Part shown: piece by piece, positions 57,430-64,000 of the stretch
Layout: each line of letters opens with the position of its first letter
Numbering within the stretch: the stretch's first letter is position 1
Source of the DNA: Promethearchaeota archaeon
GTDB taxonomy: Archaea; Asgardarchaeota; Lokiarchaeia; Sigyniarchaeales; SOKP01
DNA: 64,000 nucleotides
Assembly (NCBI GenBank): GCA_029838195.1
Contig: JALGVJ010000011.1
Coordinates: forward strand, 1-64,000
Direction of reading: 5' to 3'
The notes under the pieces: model-generated
The model's database searches: none
What the model was told of the DNA's origin: nothing
The model's input: the letters and a program-made list of their open reading frames with translations, nothing else
Program-made: the position numbers and the translations under genes

Positions 57430-60400
57430 TTATTTTTGAGAAGTCAAGGATGGGTATTGCTTTTCAAAAAATTCATTAAACAATTTAACATTTTTATAAG
57501 AATTAGTAATAGAGTCCCATTCTAATGTAGTTAGAGGGTTATATTGTTTTAATTCTTTTTCTGAAAAAGGAAGGATTTCAGGAACATCAATAAGATCCGT
57601 GAGAAACATAAATTTTTTTATTCCCATGGAGATGAGTACTTGTTCGAAGGAGGAAATAAGATCTTTGAGGTCCGTGCCCATTGGAATCCAAAAAGAGATA
57701 AAAAACCCTTGGAAAAGCGTGAATTTTTGATCACCATAAACGTAAGACTTTCCTGAAATCTCTTTAATAAATCCAAAATTAAAATATTGAAAAATGGAGA
57801 TTAATAAATTCTTTTTATCCTTAGGAATGTTTAAAATAAGAAGGTGAATTTCTTCCGATAAATTTAAATTTTTCAAGTTCATGTAGGGATGAATCAATTT
57901 TTTTTTTAATAGAAGGGATAATGCGTCATGTTGTTCTTTCGAGCATTTATCTGGAGTAAAAATAAAAGAAGATAAGTCTTTAGGTGTTAATCCATGAACT
58001 TTTAATAGAGCAGAAAATTCTTCTGAATTTGGAGGATAAACATCATTAGAAGGGTATAATGAAAAAGCATGATGCTCGCGGTGTTCACGGTGCTTCTCTG
58101 TTAATATGAGGTTAGCGTGGGCTCGAAAATTTTCCGTATTAATCCTCCATTCTCCTGCGCTGAAATTATGATCGAAATTGAATATTTCGTGAATGACTTC
58201 AGTTTTGAAAAGAATGCATTCTTTTATGGCTTTTTTTGAAAATAACAACCACTTTAAATAGCTCAGATTGGGCAAGTCTTGGGGAAATAAATAGGAGATA
58301 AAAAACATTGCATCAGGACAATATTCCGCCGCTGAAATTTGAACGGTTTGAAAAGTATTGGATAATAATAATTTAAAATCAAGTGTTTCAGGAGAAGTGT
58401 CTATAACCCTAATATATAAATAATATTGTTCCAAGCTAAACGCTTTATAATTTGTGAAAAAAAGAAGGGATTGCAAGTGCGATTGTAATGTTTTTATTAA
58501 ATTTTCATAATGAAATGGTTTTTTTAAAATATCCTTTAGATTTTCTCTAATTATTCTTAATTCTCGAATTATATCCATTGATATTAAATGATACTTGTTT
58601 TCATTTTCTTTTTGAAGCTTTAAAACACACGCTTGTAATTTTTCATTATTTAATGCCATCAGATTGTCGTAAACGGAAGGGAAATGGGCTTGAAAATGGT
58701 TAATCTTGGGTAAAGAAGAGAGATTTGTAATATTGTTCGCTTTCAATAAATATTTGACGTATTTATTGAGTTCCTTGAATAAAGAAGCATCGTAAATGAA
58801 TTCTTTTTTACCAAAATCGTAGAAATTATGGCTTGTTTGAAAAGAAAAAAATCCATCTGAAATTCCACGATAATAAAATTTAATATCTTTTCCAAAATAA
58901 TTCAAAAAAAACAAAAACCATTCTTTTTTATTTGAAAGAACGGAAAGATAACCTCCAATTTGTTTTTCCTTATTATTTTTAAATATAGAAACAAGTAAAC
59001 GAGGGATTAATTTATTAAATTGAGTTAATTTCTGATTAAAAGAATTAAAATTATCAGGAGAGAGAATTGCATCAAATATATATTGACAAAAATGGCTTAC
59101 TGATAAGGTGTTAATAAAAAAAGGCGCTATTACTTTATTTTTAAGATATTTTTCATAGAGATGGGTGAGATATTTAATAGTAATTTTACCACTTAAATTT
59201 TCTTCTTGAATTTTTTTTAAATATATATTTTTCTGAATTAAAAATTTTTGAAATATAGGGGGTTTTCGGATATATTGAATCACGGTATTAACATCAAAGA
59301 CATTTAATGCTTCTAAGGATGTAATAAAATTGAATAATAAATCAATCTGTGATTTATCTTGAATATCCGATAAAAAAGGTAAGTTTTTTGAAATTAAAAA
59401 ATCCGTATTTTTTAAGCATGCTAATTCCATGATGATGTTTTTTTGTTTTTTTCCCTTTTTTTGAATCAAAGTTTCAAAAGAAGGGGATTCAGAAAAATCT
59501 TTTAATAAACATATTATTTCTTTTAAATGAAAAAAACCACCTTTAACTGATTTTAAAATGGAAAAAAAAAAGGAGCGAACATATTTATTATTTACAATGC
59601 CATCATGTCCCAATTTCAAATTCATAAGATTGCTCTTTAAACTACTTAAAGCTTCATTTAAATACTTTTGTAGCGTAATAATAGCATCTTTTATATAAGA
59701 TTGAAAAGAAAACCCCGAAGGCCCCCAATTATTTAATCGATTTAAAAAAGTATATTCTATTAAATTTAATGAGAGATCTGATTGGTTATTACGTTTAAAT
59801 TTTCTCTTCAAAATGAATCGATTTTCTATTAATTTCTCTTGAATTAATTTATTTAAGAATTCATGATAGTTCATTTTAAAATAGTTTAAATTCAAGCAGT
59901 TTTCTGTTTCAATGCTCTCTTTCAAAGAATAGGAGCAAATATTTAATTTATTTAATTGAATTAAAAATTGTTTTAAATCTCCTACAAATGTGGAGGGAAT
60001 TACGAAAAATCCCCAATATCGATTTTCTAAAGAATTTAACACTTGATAATTATATCCATAAAAGGGCATATGTTGTATAATTTTTTTAGGAATTGAATTT
60101 AGCAAGGAAGGATGGAATTGAAAAAAACAATAAAAGACCTTTATTCCAATTCTCGACCAATCGATAAAATAAGAAGGAGAAAGAGGAGAATATTGAATTA
60201 ATCTTAAGTTTTTACTAAATTTGCGTAAAGAAAGAGAAGTGTTAATTTTTCCTACGGATTTATATTCTTTAAATAAAGATTTATATTCTTCATTTGAGGT
60301 AAAAATTTTTTTATTGTAAAAAATTTGGGATAAAGCCCAAATAGTTTCGATTAACTCTTGATTCCCGTGCATGTTCTTAAAGAAATCCCGAATTTGATCC

Positions 60401-61074
60401 TTGAATATTAAATCATAAAATTGATCGTTAATGGCAGAAATTTTATCTCCATGAAGTTGAAAATACTGAAGTATAGCACGTTCATTAGAACTCACATCAT
60501 TGGATAATGGAACGTCTTGGAACCATTTGTGTAAAAATAAAGCGGAATATTCTCCTGAAAATAAAGACAATGCTTCTTGGTTCATGTATGCTGCATCCAA
60601 TTCGTTGAAAAAAGACTTGGGAAGAAATCTTAATTTTTTTAATTGAGCTATAGAAAGATGATATAGAGTTAAGGAAATTACCATTAAATGGGATAATTCT
60701 GGAGGTATGAAACAATAATAAATTTCTCGTATTAAGATAAAAGGTAAAAATGGAATCATGGTTTCTGGAATACGGATTTCATGAAGTTCCATTCCCTTTA
60801 AATCGTTTATAACTTTTCTGATAATTCCAAAATCCATTAAATTTAAATTTAAATTTAAACCATTTTCTTTCACATCTGGTGCATTAGAATTAGAAATAAA
60901 TACAAATTTAACATGATGGAAGGTTTTTAAAGGATCCAATTCTTTCTTTTTAATTTCTAAGATTTTATTAAAACTTTTTTCGAGAAAACAGCTATCTATT
61001 TCAGCAGCCTGCTCTTTTATTTTCTCCAAAATAAATTTTAGATCGTTTTCTAAATCTTTTACTTCATTAAGCAT
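57430..61074 (-). CDS. Large hypothetical protein with repeated Lrp/AsnC-like alpha/beta modules
   Basis: 1214 aa; repeated 'IDWSRIGIKVFYCFFQF', 'TNYKAFSLEQYYLYI', 'MNLKNLNLSEEIHLLI' segments. Purine-rich BRE-TATA upstream. Confidence 0.6.
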   Translation of the reverse strand: MLNEVKDLENDLKFILEKIKEQAAEIDSCFLEKSFNKILEIKKKELDPLKTFHHVKFVFISNSNAPDVKENGLNLNLNLMDFGIIRKVINDLKGMELHEIRIPETMIPFLPFILIREIYYCFIPPELSHLMVISLTLYHLSIAQLKKLRFLPKSFFNELDAAYMNQEALSLFSGEYSALFLHKWFQDVPLSNDVSSNERAILQYFQLHGDKISAINDQFYDLIFKDQIRDFFKNMHGNQELIETIWALSQIFYNKKIFTSNEEYKSLFKEYKSVGKINTSLSLRKFSKNLRLIQYSPLSPSYFIDWSRIGIKVFYCFFQFHPSLLNSIPKKIIQHMPFYGYNYQVLNSLENRYWGFFVIPSTFVGDLKQFLIQLNKLNICSYSLKESIETENCLNLNYFKMNYHEFLNKLIQEKLIENRFILKRKFKRNNQSDLSLNLIEYTFLNRLNNWGPSGFSFQSYIKDAIITLQKYLNEALSSLKSNLMNLKLGHDGIVNNKYVRSFFFSILKSVKGGFFHLKEIICLLKDFSESPSFETLIQKKGKKQKNIIMELACLKNTDFLISKNLPFLSDIQDKSQIDLLFNFITSLEALNVFDVNTVIQYIRKPPIFQKFLIQKNIYLKKIQEENLSGKITIKYLTHLYEKYLKNKVIAPFFINTLSVSHFCQYIFDAILSPDNFNSFNQKLTQFNKLIPRLLVSIFKNNKEKQIGGYLSVLSNKKEWFLFFLNYFGKDIKFYYRGISDGFFSFQTSHNFYDFGKKEFIYDASLFKELNKYVKYLLKANNITNLSSLPKINHFQAHFPSVYDNLMALNNEKLQACVLKLQKENENKYHLISMDIIRELRIIRENLKDILKKPFHYENLIKTLQSHLQSLLFFTNYKAFSLEQYYLYIRVIDTSPETLDFKLLLSNTFQTVQISAAEYCPDAMFFISYLFPQDLPNLSYLKWLLFSKKAIKECILFKTEVIHEIFNFDHNFSAGEWRINTENFRAHANLILTEKHREHREHHAFSLYPSNDVYPPNSEEFSALLKVHGLTPKDLSSFIFTPDKCSKEQHDALSLLLKKKLIHPYMNLKNLNLSEEIHLLILNIPKDKKNLLISIFQYFNFGFIKEISGKSYVYGDQKFTLFQGFFISFWIPMGTDLKDLISSFEQVLISMGIKKFMFLTDLIDVPEILPFSEKELKQYNPLTTLEWDSITNSYKNVKLFNEFFEKQYPSLTSQK

Positions 61075-61564
61075 GGTAAATTCTAATCTTTAAAAATTAT
61101 CTTGCCCGTTAATTCTTATATTAACCTTTATTAAAATGATTTATAAATGTTTTCTTCTATTATTTTTTCTATATTTTTTTTATTATATTTTCTATTTTCT
61201 TTTTATAAAAACTTCTTATAATTCTTCACGGTAACCAAAAGAATAAAATTTAAGCGCCATTTTGATTAGGAGATTTTTTAAATTTCAAAAAAGAGAGAAA
61301 GAAGAAAAAGATAAAAAATAATGAATTTCTTAATGAAGATCATATAAAAAATAGATTCCTTCTAATAACGGATAATTCGAAAGATTAAATAAAAATATAC
61401 TTGATAGAAACTCATTATTTTGATATATTGTTTTGTTATTCTATTTATGGAAAAAATTTTCTTTAAAATGGAACATCTAATTTTTTTTCATTTAAATAAT
61501 AAGAGTAAAAAAAAGATTCAATAAAGGAATAATGAAGAAAAAATAAAATAAAAAGGGAATTATC

Positions 61565-61786
61565 ATGATATTAGATTATTATTCTCGTGTTTTAGATGGT
61601 GTAGAATTTCTCATTGCCGTTGGCTCTCTCGTGGGCCTTTTTGGTGTTATCATTGGATTTATTTTATTCATTTTTGGTTCTACTAGATACCGTTTACGTA
61701 TTTTATTTTTTATTATTATTAGTTGTCTATTATTAATCGCATGTGGATGGGCCACTGGTTTACGTTATTTTCATATTCGAATATAA
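61565..61786 (+). CDS. 2-TM hairpin protein (pilin-like), paralog of 45431-45643
   Basis: EFLIAVGSLVGLFG..CGWATGLRYF. Motif promoter at 61483-61498. Confidence 0.75.
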   Translation: MILDYYSRVLDGVEFLIAVGSLVGLFGVIIGFILFIFGSTRYRLRILFFIIISCLLLIACGWATGLRYFHIRI

Positions 61787-62432
61787 ATCAATTTTTTATT
61801 TATATAGATTTATCGTCTTAGTATTATAGATCTAAATTCATTAATAATTCTTCCTGAGTCCGTGGATAAGATGAGTATTAAATTAAAAAATACAAATAAA
61901 TCTACTAAAAAATCATCATTAAATGTTAAACATTCTTTCTCAGAAAAAAATAAAACAAGAAAAAACCAAGAGAAAATTTTTTTTTTAGACTTAACAATAA
62001 TTTTTGAAACTTGTCGCTATTATATTGAAGGGAAGAAAATAAAAGCATCTAATATTAAATATTTAATCCGATTACAAAATTCTCCTCGAAAAAAGAATCT
62101 GCCCCCTTTTTTTAATTATTTACTTCATGAATTTTTAAATAATAGAATAAAATCCAGATAATTCTTTTTTTAAAATTTGCTTAATTTGATTTTTAATTTC
62201 TTTTGGAGCATTACTAAATTCCGAGCCAATTGAAAAATCAATTATTTTCTTAAATTCTTCTCTTTTCTTTATTTTTTTAATTTTTTCTATATTCTTCTTT
62301 TTAATAGAAGAAGAATAGATAAGAATATATTGAGAAAAAGCAAAAATTTCCGCCTAATTGCAAGCTGACAAGAGTGTTTAAAAATGGGAACATTCAAATT
62401 GAATATACGCCTACTAAATTTGACCGAAAAAA

Positions 62433-62645
62433 GTGGAAAATGAACAAGTTCAGGAGTTATTGAACAAATTAATCAAAGAAACTTTAAAAGGACCAAAAGA
62501 ATGGACCATTCCGAGCTCGTCAGAAGAAGGTAAATATTATACAGTAAAAGTAGATGCTACCGGGAAATGGTCCTGCACATATCCTCAATTTATTTATCGT
62601 AAAAAAGAGTGCAAGCACATCGTGGCGTGTAAAAAAGAATATTAA
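62433..62645 (+). CDS. Stand-alone SWIM Zn-finger protein (second Cys replaced by Tyr)
   Basis: 'SSSEEGKYYTV..WSCTYPQF..ECKHI'. Confidence 0.7.
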   Translation: MENEQVQELLNKLIKETLKGPKEWTIPSSSEEGKYYTVKVDATGKWSCTYPQFIYRKKECKHIVACKKEY

Positions 62646-62679
62646 TTGTATTTATTATTTTTTTTATTACTCATGCTAA

Positions 62680-62850
62680 TTAAGCATGTATCACGGGCCT
62701 AATTAAGGGAGAACTTTTTTTTGATTTAAATTGTTTCGAGCATTTATGATCCATCTCTCGCTTTTTTCCACAATGATCGCCCCCTAATTTTTGACACGTG
62801 CGGCTTGTTTTTTCATAGTACGTGCAGGTAGCATTATATTTACATTTCAT
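62680..62850 (-). CDS. Unannotated 56-aa Cys-rich protein
   Basis: MKCKYNATCTYYEKTSRTCQKLGGDHCGKKREMDHKCSKQFKSKKSSPLIRPVIHA; GAGGGT SD; motif promoter at 62935-62949. Confidence 0.7.
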   Translation of the reverse strand: MKCKYNATCTYYEKTSRTCQKLGGDHCGKKREMDHKCSKQFKSKKSSPLIRPVIHA

Positions 62851-63257
62851 TTATCTTAATACCCTCTTTTTTTTAATTCTATTTTAATCATTAATAATTG
62901 CAATATAAAATGCAATAGTAATTATTCATGAATTTATTTAAAGGAAAAATTTTTTTAAAAACGTGCTCCGTGAAAGGATTTCTCAATACAATGAATTAAT
63001 CTTGCTTTTTTTCTTACTTTTTATTATTTTAGTTTAATAAAAAGCATAAATTAATAACAGGAAGGAAAAAAAAGGAGGGAGGAGATTGAAAAAGATGGAC
63101 TAAAAAAAATAATATTATTAAGATATGAAAATATTAATTTTAATTTTAAATTTTTAAAAATTTTGCGATGGAGAATTTCTTTTTATTTAAATAAACAAGA
63201 TGATAAATATATATAATCTAATTAAAAAATAATTAAATTTAAGAACTACAGGAAAAA

Positions 63258-63461
63258 ATGGAAGAAAACATGATTATTGATGATTGGATGGATTTTTCCA
63301 ATATTAAAAAAATGGACCGGAATACCTATGAAATCTCGGGAATAGTGTGGGAGAAAACGTGGACTGAGGACGAGGAATTTATTGATCAATTTGTTGAAAT
63401 TTTAGATCAATATAAAGGGAAAAAAATTAAGGTTAATATAAAGATAGAACTCCAATCCTAA
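63258..63461 (+). CDS. Small acidic hypothetical protein
   Basis: 67-aa ORF; motif promoter at 63180-63193. Confidence 0.65.
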   Translation: MEENMIIDDWMDFSNIKKMDRNTYEISGIVWEKTWTEDEEFIDQFVEILDQYKGKKIKVNIKIELQS

Positions 63462-63556
63462 AATTGTTATTTCAAAGAGTTTTCTAAATTTTTACTATTA
63501 TTTGTTTTTTATATTTTTAATTCTTTCCACATTTTAAAGCTATTTTTAATTTTAAT

Positions 63557-63859
63557 TTAATCTAATTCTAGTTCACGAAAAATTTGTTTTTGATCAAAAG
63601 AGGGAGAAATTTTATAATATTTTTTAGAATAGGAAAATATACCTTCTCGAAAGAGAAATCCATGAGCTTCGAGAATATCTAATGTCTTCCAAAGGAAATA
63701 AAGATAGGAGCGCTCATTGGAAGGAATGTTAAAATAATACCACAATTTTTTCGTGTTAATGAAATTTTCGCCTTGTTCATGTAATAGGTTAATAGTTGAG
63801 ATAATTTTTTTCATTCGTGTCTTTTTAATGTTTTTAATTTTTTTTAATTGAGGTTCCAC
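63557..63859 (-). CDS. Small winged-helix-like protein
   Basis: 'INTKKLW..LWKTLDILEAHGFL..KKYYKI'; GTG start with AGGAG SD. Confidence 0.6.
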   Translation of the reverse strand: MEPQLKKIKNIKKTRMKKIISTINLLHEQGENFINTKKLWYYFNIPSNERSYLYFLWKTLDILEAHGFLFREGIFSYSKKYYKISPSFDQKQIFRELELD

Positions 63860-64000
63860 TAAGCTTCTCCTCTTTTGGTGGAATTCTTGAGAAGATGAGA
63901 TACAAATTATCTATTATTTTAAAAAAGTTTGAAATGCGAGAAGAAATAATAAGAAATCTTTTTTTTAATCAATTTTGAATTTTTTCTTTCCTCATTTTTT

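Noticed and set aside
183-60715. Many 60-135 aa ORFs nested in or antisense to long genes
   Set aside because: Shadow ORFs of well-supported CDSs with no independent signals.
61862-62161. 99-aa K/N-rich ORF
   Set aside because: Composition matches AT-rich intergenic DNA; no motif or SD.
62433-62645. SWIM protein as Shu-complex partner of the RadB-like protein
   Set aside because: It has a canonical-type promoter, a Cys-to-Tyr change in a Zn ligand and no linkage.
1-64000. Window as a provirus, plasmid or ICE
   Set aside because: No integrase, relaxase, capsid, terminase or replication initiator recognised; metabolic genes are interspersed.

Overview
AT-rich archaeal chromosomal segment, most likely Asgard/Lokiarchaeia. 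This is inferred from the archaeal-type TFB, RadA, Hel308, Hef, FEN1 and RPA genes, a roadblock + MglA-like GTPase pair, a DUF169 expansion and C-terminally anchored surface proteins. I found no rRNA, tRNA, CRISPR array, integrase or capsid gene. The main observation is that about 28 sites, nearly all directly upstream of and co-oriented with a gene, share one non-canonical promoter-like sequence: a T-tract directly before the TATA box (approx. TTTTTT[C/A]TTTA[A/T]ATA) where archaea normally have a purine-rich BRE. Genes carrying it form (i) a divergent recombination/branched-DNA toolkit: RadA paralog, RadB-like protein, RPA, Whirly-like protein, Hef with a dead nuclease domain, stand-alone XPF/ERCC4, FEN1 paralog and topoisomerase-type Zn ribbon, with Hel308 adjacent; and (ii) a membrane module: HerA/VirB4-like pseudo-ATPase, three VirB2/CedA1-like hairpin proteins, a membrane-anchored HhH protein, an M50-like protease, surface proteins and MglAB. 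A divergent TFB with an altered BRE-reading helix lies in the window and itself has an ordinary promoter. Working hypothesis (inference, untested): an alternative-TFB, sigma-like regulon for DNA exchange and recombination. The motif also points to an unannotated 56-aa Cys-rich ORF and a candidate sRNA. Interspersed motif-less blocks contain an Hhe-type defence helicase-nuclease, two DUF5320 genes with a shared palindromic operator, three DUF169 genes and several pseudogenes. All family assignments come from motif recognition by eye, not database searches.
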